Below are positions 42,101-55,414 of a DNA stretch of 64,000 nucleotides, in pieces. The DNA is from Macrostomum lignano. Its lineage: Eukaryota. Below the pieces are notes generated by a model. It did no database searches, was not told the origin of the DNA, and saw only the letters and a list, made by a program, of their open reading frames with translations. Numbering within the stretch: the stretch's first letter is position 1; the number at the start of each line of letters is the position of its first letter. The stretch is from positions 1 to 64,000 of the forward strand of contig NIVC01001164.1 of the NCBI GenBank assembly GCA_002269645.1, in the 5' to 3' direction. A program made the translations under genes and the position numbers.

Positions 42101-45100
42101 TTACAAGGATTCTAATAAAAATATAATAAATATGTCCAATGAACTAACTGATACATAGCCAAATTGAAGTATTTTCAAAAACAAAAAAAATCATTTGCTC
42201 AGTTTACTTTACTGGATATCTGTGTAAAATTTCAGCTCAAAAGGTGCTCCATGGAGAATGCTAGTGTGGTTACAGGATATTTATTTTGTGCTTCAAAGTA
42301 GGAGTTTATTGCGATGCATGGTTGCTTTTAATTATTTTTATCAACAATAGTGCTCTATTTCATAACAATTTTTTACAAAAAGATAATAAGACATGTTTTT
42401 CTAATTATCTGCATCAAAATGTATCATTTTAAGCGCACATTCTAGACGTCAGCTGAAAAATACATTTTGTGAGATGAGAAGAGGCTATCCCACCGGAAAT
42501 GCTAGGCGTACAGTTAAGCGTCTATAAAATAATTTATAGTGCAGTTTATTAAGCTTTAAAAAAATCTTAAATTAAATTTATATAAGCTTTCATTTTAAAT
42601 GTAATATAGCAAGGTTTCAACACAACAACAACTTTTTTTAGCTACAGACATCTTGTAGTATCAAAAATTAACATCGGTGAAATGATTGAATTTGAATTTT
42701 TTCATCGCTAATTATCGCTTAATACCGCCAGATGATTAAAAACACTTTTGCATGATAAAGTTCAACCCAAAAGTTATCTTTATTCACAGATAAAAGTGTC
42801 CTATTATTTTAAATATGGCAGTAACAATAGTAAATGTTCGGAAAATTGTTAAAATTTTTGCTCCTCCTAGAATTTGCGAACGACCCTATAGCTCAATAGA
42901 GCTGTCGCTGTCTGTCTGTCTGACTTGAAATTAAAGTCAAAATACTGATTACGGATAGGCCCTAGCTATAGTATAATAAGACTTGCGTAGTGTGGCAAAC
43001 GATTTACGGCATCCTAGTTTTGTTAACTTATCATTTATTACCACTCAAACGTCTCAAAGTAGCTGACTGGACTGCTACTGCTACTGACTCGGGTTTAAGT
43101 CTATTAGTCAAGTGAGTTTCTTAAGTTTCAAGTGAAGTAGGCCTACAGAAGTGGATCTGGTAGGCTACTTATAGGGACTTCAGTGAGGCCTTTAAGGTTC
43201 CTGAAGTTTCTTAAAATAAATTTAAGTTTATTTAATAAAAATTAAATTATTTAATAAATTTAATAAATTAGTAAATAAATATGCCATAAATAAAAAAAAT
43301 AGAATTTTTTTGCAAATGAATAGCTTTGCAAGGCAATTAGGCCTACATATTAGAATAAAAGCAGATATGTATAGAAAGAAGAGAAATGGTACTTTTTAAA
43401 TATATATATCTGGTTTTCATTGGCATGGCATGATAATAAACTGTCAAGTGTCATATTTTCATTGAAAAAAATACAAAAACTAAAGACGTAAAGTATTCTC
43501 AAAAATTAAAATTTTGTTTTTTTTTTAAATAAAAATTAAGCATATAAAACAGTTTAAAAAATGTGACAAAATTCAGTTTTAAGTTAAAATTAAGGCTCTA
43601 ATAAATCCTATTATATTGAAGGATCAAGGTTTCTTGTTTAAATTTAGCAAAAAATTAAAAAATATATTTTGTACACTTTGTACCAATGAATGTACCAAGT
43701 AATTTTTATTTTTATGCAAATTTTAATTTAGAAAAAGTTTTTACGAAAATGACTAGCCTATGCAAGCTATTTTAGAAAAATAGAATGAAATATATAAAAA
43801 CTTTCAAACTAGGCCTTACCCTTGCCTTGCCTTATGATATAAGAAAAATATTATTAAGTATTTGAGTATTTAGATTTATAATGATTTTTACAAATAACTA
43901 AGTCTGAATTAATTTAGAAGAAAATTTTTATTATTTATTCTACTAATGGCAACTTAAAAATTATTTATGATTAAATCTTTGAAAATTACATGGTATATAA
44001 TTATAAATTCTAATAAACTAATCAATGTTAATAAACTATTTATTTACTTAATTCATTTTTTATACATTTCAATACAAGTATAGATTCTTTTTAAGCTTTA
44101 TAAAGTATTCAAATAAACTTTAAACTTATCTATGCAGTTTCACAATATTATAAATAACCCATTTTCATAGTTAACATAATTTTATTCTGTTTTTTGTTCT
44201 TCTTTAAGTAGTAATAAGCAAGGTTTTATACAATTTACATTTAATCATTTGTAAATTTGATTTTAAACATATCTAAGTATACTAGTATATCAATAGACTT
44301 TTTTGTCATTTATATAAGATGCTGTTTGCAATTTGCATTTAATTTTAATTTTTAATTTTTAATTTTAGCTAAAAACTATATTATTGGTATATTTTGTCTA
44401 ATATTATAGTCAAAAAGTTTTTTATTGATAGAAATTGCATATTAGAAAATTTGTTAATAGGACTATTTACTAAATACGTCTACATAGTTGTCAAGCCTTT
44501 ATACACTTCAATTTGTAGTTTAAAGCTATATAAATATAATGAACTGGACTTATGCTTGTTTCTATGCATTTTATTCACTTATTTACTACTGCCCTTCTTA
44601 GTCTTGGGTTTAATGCTTTTGCCCATAGACTTATACTTAGCACTTTGCCATATTAGCATTAAGTGCATTATGTAATTTGCATTGTAAAGCAAAACAGTTC
44701 TATTGACCTTAATATTAGACAAGAGGAATCAATTCCCGAGGGGATAAAATTTGATAAAATTGTAGTTATGCCTGAATTTATGTATGTATTCAGGTGTATA
44801 ACAGTCCAGATAATGCTAAGCTTAATGCTATAAGAAATTTTTTGCATTGTCCAGATTTTTGCCTCTTTTGGGAATCAATAGGATCCCAAAATTTCTATGA
44901 ATTTATTCCTAATTATTATAAAACTAGACATTGATCTAGTTTTTTGTTTTTTTAATCATTCATATTTTAAAATAGTTTATATACATAATTCATACACTTA
45001 GCATGTGTGGCAGAAAATCTTCCTGACTGGAACTTTATTGTTTAGGATTTTAATTACTACAATTTTATCACAACCATAAGGTCCAATTCCCAAGGCACTG

Positions 45101-45178
45101 AGGCAGCCCTCCCACAAATATTAATTTTTATCATAGGAAAATAAAGAATCCAAAATCGAAATCTTCAGTTCAATTCCT

Positions 45179-47587
45179 ATGGCAACAGCATCATCAACCT
45201 CTGGCGGCGGCAGTGGTGGTGACCCAGACTCCGCCGACCAGGAGAAGCTGTCAGCCAGCCAGCAATTCGAGTGCAACATCTGCCTGGAGACGGCCACGGA
45301 GCCCGTGGTGAGCCACTGCGGCCACCTGTTCTGCTGGGCCTGCGTCTATCGCTGGATGGAGACGCAGGGCCGCTCGCCGTCCTGTCCGGTGTGCAAAAGT
45401 GGCATTAGTCGGGACAAAGTCATCCCGCTGTATGGCCGAGGCGGCTCCGGCAATACCACGGATCCGCGCAGCAGGGTGCCGCCGCGGCCACAGGGCCAGC
45501 GCTCAGAGCCAGAGGCTGGAGGCGGCCTGCATGGCTTCGCTGACGGCCTGTTTGGCCAGCAGCACGGCGGCACTTTTCAGTTCACCTTCGGCATTGGCGG
45601 CTTCCCGTTTGCCTTCTTTGGCACTAATTTTAATATGAGTGAGTTGCTCCCGCATTGAGGCCATTAGAATCCGCATTGCGGCCATTAGAATCCACATTGC
45701 GGCCATTAGAATCCACATTGCGGCCATTAGAATTCACATTGCGGCCATTAGAATCCACATTGCGGCCATTAGAATCCACCATTGCGGCCATTAGAATCCG
45801 CATTGCGGCCATTAGAATCCACATTGCAACCATTAGAATCCACATTGCGGCCATTAGAATCCAAATTGCGGCCATTAGAATCCACATTGCGGCCATTAGA
45901 ATCCGCATTAAGGCCATTAGAATCCACATTGCGGCCATTAGAATCCCACATTGCGGCCATTAGAATCCGCATTAAGGCCATTAGAATCCACATTGCGGCC
46001 ATTAGAATCCACATTGCGGCCATTAGAATCCACATTGCGGCCATTAGAATCCACATTGCGGCCATTAGAATCCGCATTGCGGCCATTAGAATCCACATTG
46101 CGGCCATTAGAATCCACATTGCGGCCATTAGAATCCACATTGCGGCCATTAGAATCCACATTGCGGCCATTAGAATCCACATTGCGGCCATTAGAATCCA
46201 CATTGCGGCCATTAGAATCCACATTGCGGCCATTAGAATCCACATTGCGGCCATTAGAATCCACATTGCGGCCATTAGAATCCGCATTGCGGCCATTATA
46301 ATCCACATTGCGGCCATTAGAATCCACATTGCGGCCATTAGAATCCGCATTAAGGCCATTAGAATCCACATTGCGGCCATTAGAATCCGCATTGCGGCCA
46401 TTAGAATCCACATTGCGGCCATTAGAATCCACATTGCGGCCATTAGAATCCGCATTGAGGCCATTAGAATCCACATTGCGGCCATTAGAATCCATATTAA
46501 GGCCCTTAGAATCCACAGGCCATTAGAATCCACATTAAGGCCATTATAATCCGCACTGACGCCATTAGAATCCACATTGAGGCCATTAGAATCCACATTG
46601 AGGCCATTAGAATCCGCAATGACGCCATTAGAATTCGCACTGACGCCATTAGAATCCGCACTGACGCCATTAGAATCCACACTGACGCTATTAGAATCCG
46701 CACTGACGCCATTAGAATCCACACTGACGCCATTAGAATCCGCACTGACGCCATTAGAATTCGCACTGACGCCATTAGAATCCACACTGACGCCATTAGA
46801 ATTCGCACTGACGCCATTAGAATCCGCACTGACGCCATTAGAATCCGCACTGACGCCATTAGAATCCACACTGACGCCATTAGAATCCGCACTGACGCCA
46901 TTAGAATTCGCACTGACGCCATTAGAATCCGCACTGACGCCATTAGAATCCGCACTGACGCCATTAGAATCCGCACTGACGCCATTAGAATCCACACTGA
47001 CGCCATTAGAATCCGCACTGACGCCATTAGAATTCGCACTGACGCCATTAGAATCCACACTGACGCCATTAGAATCCACACTGACGCCATTAGAATCCAC
47101 ACTGACGCCATTAGAATCCGCACTGACGCCATTAGAATCCACACTGACGCCATTAGAATTCGCACTGACGCCATTAGAATCCGCACTGACGCCATTAGAA
47201 TCCGCACTGACGCCATTAGAATCCGCACTGACGCCATTAGAATCCACACTGACGCCATTAGAATCCGCACTGACGCCATTAGAATTCGCACTGACGCCAT
47301 TAGAATCCACACTGACGCCATTAGAATCCACACTGACGCCATTAGAATCCACACTGACGCCATTAGAATCCGCACTGACGCCATTAGAATCCACACTGAC
47401 GCCATTAGAATTCGCACTGACGCCATTAGAATTCGCACTGACGGCTACTCAATGCCACATTCCCGCAGATGGGCAGAACAGGAACCGAGACGCCTTTGGT
47501 CAGGTGAACACTGAAGAAGACGCCTTCCTCAGCAAAGTGTTTCTCTACATTGCAATCATATTTGTTGTGTGGCTGCTACTAGCCTGA
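45179..47587 (+). CDS. RNF185: ER-membrane RING E3 ubiquitin ligase RNF185/RNF5 family (192 aa)
   Basis: Exons 45179-45638 and 47469-47587. C3HC4 RING FECNICLETATEPVVSHCGHLFCWACVYRWM..CPVCKSGISRDKVIPLYGRG, DPR..PPRPQGQR, FGIGGFPF and C-terminal TM EEDAFLSKVFLYIAIIFVVWLLLA. Confidence 0.93.
45649..47443. repeat. 21-bp minisatellite, ~85 copies, two subtypes, filling the RNF185 intron
   Basis: gcggccattagaatccacatt switches to gacgccattagaatccgcact near 46550-46620. Confidence 0.98.
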
Positions 47588-48679
47588 ATTGAAGATTCGC
47601 AACTTCCAGCTTCATCTAACATACATGCGCAACACCCTGATTTACACCGGCCGTGCGACTTACTTTTGATAAAAAAGCGACTTGCTTATCAAAGTTACCC
47701 TAAAGCAAAATTAATATAATTAATTTTTTTGGTAAACGGCAGGAGTAACTATCACAGTATCACGAGGGTAAATGCCTCGTCATCTAATTAGTTGCAAGTC
47801 TATTTTTGGGTGGGCATTTTTGCGACTTACCTTGGCCGGGTCGGCCGTGTGTTGCGCATGTATATTCATCTAATGTCATTAACTATCCATTGATCTCGTC
47901 TCTACAGTCGGAAATATTACTAATTCATATGCACCATGAATATATTATAATTACTGATGTGTCATCACTTTTGATTGGTTAAACTTATCAGTGATAATTT
48001 GCCTGATTAGTGCAGATCCCGATTAAAAATTAAATTGCCTATTAAAAATTTATGACAAAATTCTCGTTGCTTTTCAGACACTCAATGTATAATGATTTGC
48101 TTATCATTATAGTAGGTATTAAGCTATATTTATATAGATGTACTTTATCTAATCTTTGCTATAAGGATTTTGTTGTGTAATCTGTATTCTCGGCTTTCAT
48201 TCATTTGGACCCAGTTTGCTTTCCTGACCAAATCTAATGGCTTCTCATATGAACAGGCTGTTCTCTCAGGATCTTAACATTACCCTTCGGAATGGGCACG
48301 AGTCATTGTGTGGTGTCTGCTTAACGTTTGTGATTTGTAAGCCCCCCTCTTATCCAGTATGGTAACAAGAGTAACACGTAATTATCATTCACGGATTTGT
48401 ACTTCTAATGATTGAACGAATGACAGTTATATTCTAATTCAAGCTTACATTGCTACTGTACTAGTAGCTTAGTGAATTTTTTCTGTCTACTGAATAGTTG
48501 TCGAAACACTGCACCACTACTACTGTTGAAATGCGATTTTTTAATTAACATAAAATTGTTTATTGTAAATCGATTTTATTACGCCCATCTGTTGCACTGT
48601 ATCGCTTCTATTATTATTTTCCAATTTATTTTTCAGCATGTAGTTTCTTCACTTGTTAACAATAGATAAATCTTTCTTG

Positions 48680-49520
48680 ACCTAAGTCACACTCCTGACC
48701 AAAGTCACTCCTGACCAAAGTCACTCCTGACCAAAGTCACTCCTGACCAAAGTCACTCCTGACCAAAGTCACTCTTGACCCAATTCACTTCTGACCAAAG
48801 TCACTCCTGACCAGCCACTCCTCACCAAAATCACTCCTGACCAAAATCACTCAGACCGAAATCACCACTGACGAAATCACCACTGACGAAATCACCACTG
48901 ACCGAAATCACCACTGACCGAAATCACCACTGACCGAAAAAATCACAGACCGAAATCACCACCGACCGAAATCACCACCCAGACCGAAATAATCACAGAC
49001 CGAAATCACCACTGACCGAAATCATCACCCAGACCGAAATCACCACTGACCGAAATCACCACTGACCGAAATCACCACCGACCGAAATCACCACTGACCG
49101 AAATCATCACTGACCGAAATCATCACAGACCGAAATCACCACTGACCGAAATCATCACTGACCGAAATCATCACCCAGACCGAAATCATCACTGACCGAA
49201 ATCATCACCCAGACCGAAATCATCACTGACCGAAATCACCACCGACCGAAATCATCACTGACCGAAATCATCACTGACCGAAATCATCACTGACCGAAAT
49301 CATCACTGACCGAAATCATCACTGACCGAAATCACCACTGACCGAAATCACCACTGACCGAAATCATCACTGACCGAAATCACCACTGACCGAAATCACC
49401 ACTGACCGAAATCATCACTGACCGAAATAATCACTGACCGAAATCATCACCCAGACCGAAATCATCACAGATCGAAATCACCAGTGACCGAAATGATCAC
49501 TGACCGAAAATCACTCCTGA
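48680..49520. repeat. 15-17-bp minisatellite, ~50 copies
   Basis: aaagtcactcctgacc grading into gaaatca(c/t)cactgacc. Confidence 0.95.
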
Positions 49521-49600
49521 CTCTCACTCTCGTAGTAATGTATCCCTACAAAAGCAGATAGAAGCCATGTCAAACAACAATGACTTCAGCCACAGACTAC

Positions 49601-52600
49601 ATGGGCCAGATACTAACCAGGCGCCAGTACGAAGACCTGCTGATTGACGGCTTGGCGGTCGCGGCAGTCAGCAACGCAGCAAGGCAGCAGTCGAACAGAG
49701 CCGACCGATCCCGAGCTCTGGCCCGATTTCGCGACCTATCGGAATTGCCGCCGGAACTGGCGCTGGCTATTCTGAGCCACCTGGGCCCTACGGATCTGTG
49801 CCTGGCCGCCTGCGTCTGGGGCCATTTGGCTAATGACGAGCTGCTGTGGCAGGCCCTGTGCAAAAATGCCTGGGCCTATTGTACAGCTTATAGCGTGCCG
49901 GGCCGCTCCTACCGGCAGCTCTATCTGCGATTGGATGAAGCTTCACTCAGCTTCAATGCCGACTGCTTCGATGGTTTTGCCTGCTTTCTTAGGCACGAAA
50001 TTCTTATTGACGAGCCGGGAGAATTGGCCCTGTTCTTTCACGGCGCTCGGGTGCTGGACAGGCGCCAGGTTAGCCGCTTCATGGAGACTCGGTGAGGCGC
50101 TGCTGCTTGGCTGGGCTGTGCTGTGCTGTACTGACTCACTAGCTGGGGATTGTGAAGCTTGGGATTCTGAGGGAAATTTGGGGATTGTGAAGCTTGGGAT
50201 TCTGAGAGAAACTTGGGTATAGTGAAGCTTGGGGGTTCTAGGAGAAATTTGGGGATTGTGAAGCTGGGGATTCTGAGAGAAATTTGGGGATTGTGAAGCT
50301 TGGGATTTTGAGAGAAACTTGGGGATTGTGAAGCTTGGGATTCTGAGAGAAACTTGGGTATAGTGAAGCTTGGGGATTCTGAGAGAAATTTGGGGATTGT
50401 GAAGCTTGGGATTCTGAGAGAAATTTGGGGATTGTGAAGCTTGGGATTCTGAGGGAAATTTGGGGATTGTGAAGCTTGGGATTCTGAGAGAAACTTAGGG
50501 ATTGTGAAGCTTGGGATTCTGAGAGAAACTTGGGGATTGTGAAGCTTGGGATTCTAGGAGAAATTTGGGGATTGTGAAGCTTGGGATTCTGAGGGAAATT
50601 TGGGGATTCTGAAGCTTGGGATTCTGAGGGAAATTTGGGGATTCTGAAGCTTGGCGATTCTGAGGGAAATTCGGGGATTGTGATGCTGGGGTGTTCTAAG
50701 AGAAACTTGGGGATTGTGAAGCTTGGGATTCTGAGAGAAACTTGGAGATTGTGAAGCTGGGGATTCTGAGAAAAATTTTGGGATTGTGAAGCTTGGGATT
50801 CTGAGAGAAACTTGGAGATTGTGAAGCTGGGGATTCTGAGAGAAATTTGGGGATTGTGAAGCTGGGGATTCTGAGAGAAACTTGGGGATTGTGAAGCTGG
50901 GGATTCTGAGAGAAATTAGGGGATTGTGAAGCTGGGGATTCTGAGAGAAACTTGGGGATTGTGAAGCTTAGGATTCTGAGGGAAATTTAGGGATTGTGAA
51001 GCTTGGGGGTTCTGAGAGAAACGGGGATTGTAAAGCTTAGGATTCTGGGGTAAATTTAGGGATTCTGAAGCTTGGGTGTTCTGAGAGAAACTTGGGGATT
51101 GTGAAGCTTAGGATTCTGGGGGAAATTTGTTCTGAAGCTTAGGGGTTCTGAGAGAAACTTGGGGATTGTGAAGCTTAGGATTCTGAGGGAAATTTAGGGA
51201 TTGTGAAGCATTGGGGTTCTGAGAGAAACTTAGGGATTCTGAATCTTGGGGTCCTGAGAGAAATTTGGGGATTCTGAAGCTTAGGATTCTGGGGGAAATT
51301 TGGGGATTCTGAAGCTTGGCGGTTCTGAGACAAATTTGGGGATTCTGAAGCTTGGGGGTTCTGATGGAACTTTAGAGATTCTGAAGCTTGAGGATTGTAG
51401 AGGAAATTTGAGGATTGTAGGGGAAATTTGAGGATTGTAGGGGAAATTTGAGGAATGCAGGGAAAATTTGAGGATTGCAGGGGGAATTTGAGGAATGCAG
51501 GGGAAATTTAAGGATTGTAGGGGAAATTTGAGGATGGGGTGAAGCTGTATGATTGTGACCTTTGTTATTACCTAAAGTACATTATCGATTCCCGCCCACT
51601 CAGGCCCGACGTTCTAGACAAACTGATGGAACGGAAAAGCTTCGAAAACCAGTTTTTGCCGAATGCGCTTCGTAAATTTTTCAACGAAGTGGAGGCGCCA
51701 AACGCTAGAAACGAATACTTGAGCCTGCTGCTGGACCGGTTTAGCCTGCGCTTTGTGGCCTCCAACCCTGGCACTGGACTGAGCAAAGGTTTGTCCAGTC
51801 TGCTAGTCTGGTAGAGTAGGAGTGGAGTCTGGTGGAGTAGGTGTAGAGTCTGGTGGAGTAGGTGTAGAGTCTGGTAGAGTAAGAGTGGAGTCTGGTAGAG
51901 TAAATGTAGAGCCTGGTAGAGTAAGAGTGGAGTCTGGTAGAGTAAGAGTGGAGTCTGGTGGAGTAGGTGTAGAGTCTGGTAGAGTAAGAGTGGAGTCTGG
52001 TAGAGTAAATGTAGAGTCTGGTAAAGTAAGAGTGGAGTCTGGTAGAGTAAGAGTGGAGTCTGGTAGAGTAAGAGTGGAGTCTGGTAGAGTAAGAGTGGAG
52101 TCTGGTAGAGTAAGAGTGGAGTCTGGTAGAGTAAGAGTGGAGTCTGGTAGAGTAAGAGTGGAGTCTGGTAGAGTAAGAGTGGAGTCTGGTAGAGTAAGAG
52201 TGGAGTCTGGTAGAGTAAGAGTGGAGTCTGGTGGAGTAGGTGTAGAGTGTAGTATAGTAGATGTGGAGTCTGGTGGAGTAGGTGTAGAGTCTGGTAGAGT
52301 AGGTGTAGAGTCTGGTAGAGTAGGTGTAGAATCTGGTAGAGTAGGTGTTGAGTCTGGTAGAGTAGGTGTAGAATCTGGTAGAGTAGGTGTTGAGTCTGGT
52401 AGAGTAGGTGTAGAGTCTGGTAGAGTAAGAGTGGAGTCTGGTGGAGTAGGTGTAGTAGAGTCTGGTATAGTAGATGTGGAGTCTGGTGGAGTAGGTGTAG
52501 AGTCTGGTAGAGTAGGTGTAGAATCTGGTAGAGTAGGTGTAGAGTCTGGTAGAGTAGGTGTAGAGTCTGGTAGAGTAGGTGTAGATTCTGGTAGAGTAGG

Positions 52601-54448
52601 TGTAGAGTCTGGTATAGTAAATGTAGAGTCTGGTAGAGTAGGTGTAGAGTCTAGTAGAGTAGGTGTAGAGTCTGGTAGAGTAGGTGTAGAGTCTGGTCGA
52701 GTAGGTGTAGAGTCTGGTATAGTAGATGTGGAGTCTGGTGGAGTAGGTGTAGAGTCTGGTAGAGTAGATGTGGAGTCTGGTAGAGTAAGAGTGGAGTCTG
52801 GTCGAGTAAGAGTGGAGTCTGGTAGAGTAAGAGTGGAGTCTGGTAGAGTAGGTGTAGAGTCTGGTAGAGTAGGTGTAGAATCTGGTAGAGTAGGTGTAGA
52901 ATCTGGTAGAGTAGGTGTTGAGTCTGGTAGAGTAGGTGTAGAGTCTGGTAGAGTAGGTGTAGAGTCTGGTAGAGTAGGTGTGGAGTCTGGTAGAGTAAGA
53001 GTGGAGTCTGGTGGAGTAGGTGTAGAGTCTGGTATAGTAGATGTGGAGTCTGGTGGAGTAGGTGTAGAGTCTGGTAGAGTAGGTGTAGAATCTGGTAGAG
53101 TAGGTGTAGAATCTGGTAGAGTAGGTGTAGAGTCTGGTAGAGTAGGTGTAGAGTCTGGTAGAGTAGGTGTAGATTCTGGTAGAGTAGGTGTAGAGTCTGG
53201 TAGAGTAAATGTAGAGTCTGGTAGAGTAGGTGTAGAGTCTAGTAGAGTAGGTGTAGAGTCTGGTAGAGTAGGTGTAGAGTCTGGTCGAGTAGGTGTAGAG
53301 TCTGGTATAGTAGATGTGGAGTCTGGTGGAGTAGGTGTAGAGTCTGGTAGAGTAGATGTGGAGTCTGGTAGAGTAAGAGTGGAGTCTGGTCGAGTAAGAG
53401 TGGAGTCTGGTAGAGTAAGAGTGGAGTCTGGTAGAGTAGGTGTAGAGTCTGTTAGAGTAGGTGTAGAATCTGGTAGAGTAGGTGTAGAATCTGGTAGAGT
53501 AGGTGTTGAGTCTGGTAGAGTAGGTGTAGAGTCTGGTAGAGTAGGTGTAGAGTCTGGTAGAGTAGGTGTGGAGTCTGGTAGAGTAAGAGTGGAGTCTGGT
53601 GGAGTAGGTGTAGAGTCTGGTATAGTAGATGTGGAGTCTGGTGGAGTAGGTGTAGAGTCTGGTAGAGTAGGTGTAGAATCTGGTAGAGTAGGTGTAGAAT
53701 CTGGTAGAGTAGGTGTAGAGTCTGGTAGAGTAGGTGTGGAGTCTGGTAGAGTAAGAGTGGAGTCTGGTGGAGTAGGTGTAGAGTCTGGTATAGTAGATGT
53801 GGAGTCTGGTGGAGTAGGTGTAGAGTCTGGTAGAGTAGGTGTAGAGTCTGGTAGAGTAGGTGTAGAATCTGGTAGAGTAGGTGTAGAGTCTGGTAGAGTA
53901 GGTGTAGAGTCTGGTAGAGTAGGTGTAGATTCTGGTAGAGTAGGTGTAGAGTCTGGTAGAGTAGGTGTAGAGTCTTGTAGAGTAGGTGTAGAGTCTGGTA
54001 TAGTAGATGTGGAGTCTGGTGGAGTAGGTGTAGAGTCTGGTAGAGTAGATGTGGAGTCTGGTAGAGTAAGAGTGGAGTCTGGTCGAGTAGGTGTAGAGTC
54101 TGGTAGAGGTATGGAGTCCGCGGTAGAGTACATGTAGATGTTGCCAATATTGCCAATTTGTCAGTAAAAATTGTGGGCCATGGTTTTAAATCCAATTCAT
54201 CCGCGTTTAAAACTGCTGAATTCGCACAAAAATGCCCCGCAGAGATGGTGTTCATCCTGTGCTACTCGCTCATACTACTGTCAGTAGACCTGTGCAGTCC
54301 GCACGTGAAAAATAAAATGTCTAAACGAGAATTCATTCGCAATACGAGGCGAGCCACAACCCCAATTAGTGACGACTTTCTAGGTCATCTGTACGATAAC
54401 ATCTACCTGGTTGGACACGTGGCGCCAACCACAGCTTGCAGCTATTAG
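49601..54448 (+). CDS. FBXO8: F-box only protein 8 (F-box + Sec7), ~293 aa
   Basis: Exons 49601-50091 (MGQ start; in-frame ATG also at 49580), 51604-51788, 54243-54448. LSELPPELALAILSHL..TDLCLAACVW..LANDELLWQALCK, NQFLPNALRKFF, LCYSLILLSVDLCSPHVKNKMSKREFIRNTRRA..DFLGHLYDNIYLVGHVA. Confidence 0.94.
50144..51537. repeat. 35-bp G-rich minisatellite (20-bp variant at the 3' end) filling FBXO8 intron 1
   Basis: Unit ggggattgtgaagcttgggattctgagagaaactt. Confidence 0.96.
51803..54135. repeat. 21-bp minisatellite, ~110 copies, filling FBXO8 intron 2
   Basis: Unit gagtctggtagagtaggtgta with variants and larger duplicated blocks. Confidence 0.98.
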
Positions 54449-54621
54449 CTGTGGCGTGATATTGAAGCCTAGGAAACTTCTATTTAAGTCTGTGTTGTTT
54501 TGCTAGAGATATCACACCATATGTGGCTTCTGGGGGGGGGGGTGTGCTTGCAGTTCTATAGTTTGTTAGCTATTATAAATTTTCTTAAAATAACACTTCC
54601 AGTCTTAAATATTGCGTCAGT

Positions 54622-54995
54622 TCACTCGGCTCCCTGTCAGTCAGAATCCCTCAGTTCACTCTGCTCCCCATCAATCAGTCAGAATCCCTTAGTTCACTCT
54701 GCTCCCCATCAATCAGTCAGAATCCCTTAGTTCACTCTGCTCCCCATCAGTCAGAATCCCTTAGTTCACTCTGCTCCCCATCAATCAGTCAGAATCCCTT
54801 AGTTCACTCTGCTCCCCATCAGTCAGAATCCCTTAGTTCACTCTGCTCTCCATCAGTCAATCCCTTAGTTCACTCTGCTCCCCATCAGTCAATCCCTTAG
54901 TTCACTCTGCTCCCCATCAGTCAGAATCCCTCAGTTCACTCAGCTCCCCATCAGTCAGTCAGTCAGAGTCCCTCGGTTCACTCTGCTCCCCATCA
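54622..54995. repeat. 38-42-bp minisatellite, ~9 copies
   Basis: Unit cagtcagaatcccttagttcactctgctccccat(caat). Confidence 0.93.
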
Positions 54996-55414
54996 ATAAT
55001 AGCTACTTTACTAATTCTGTGGGATAACTGCTGTTACCCTGGACTTACGTACCATACGCTCGTACAGTACATGTACGAGTATGTGAATATAATGCGGTTA
55101 AATATTTTAATATGTAGTGTGCATGATAAAGATTGCACTTTTCGTCCGTTCTGTACATAGGTATTTAATTTGGGCGAATCAGTTCGTTGAGTTCGCCTTT
55201 GTCCTTGCAGTAACTATTGAGAATGGATGGAGTTACTGAGAGCTCTTTTTGATTGGCTTCGCTGATTTCTGCTCAAACTTGTTGGCATCTATTTTAGTGT
55301 GCGGTTCTTCTGTAACCTCTGATGTTATCAAAGATTTTTCAGACAGTGTTTAAGGTAGACTTTGATATTGGCGTTATCTTTTCTTCTCTTTGCATGTTTT
55401 GGACAGCTTGGATA

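Noticed and set aside
38700-45100. Very AT-rich tract, possibly old DNA-transposon debris or organellar insertion
   Set aside because: No recognisable mitochondrial gene, transposase or paired TIR found by eye.
45630-47450. Long ORFs such as MRPLESTL..., WILMAAM... and DSNGVS...
   Set aside because: They are translations of the 21-bp intronic array in several frames on both strands. The same applies to ORFs over 9402-9690, 12694-13302, 16986-17303, 23453-23822 and 26844-28051.
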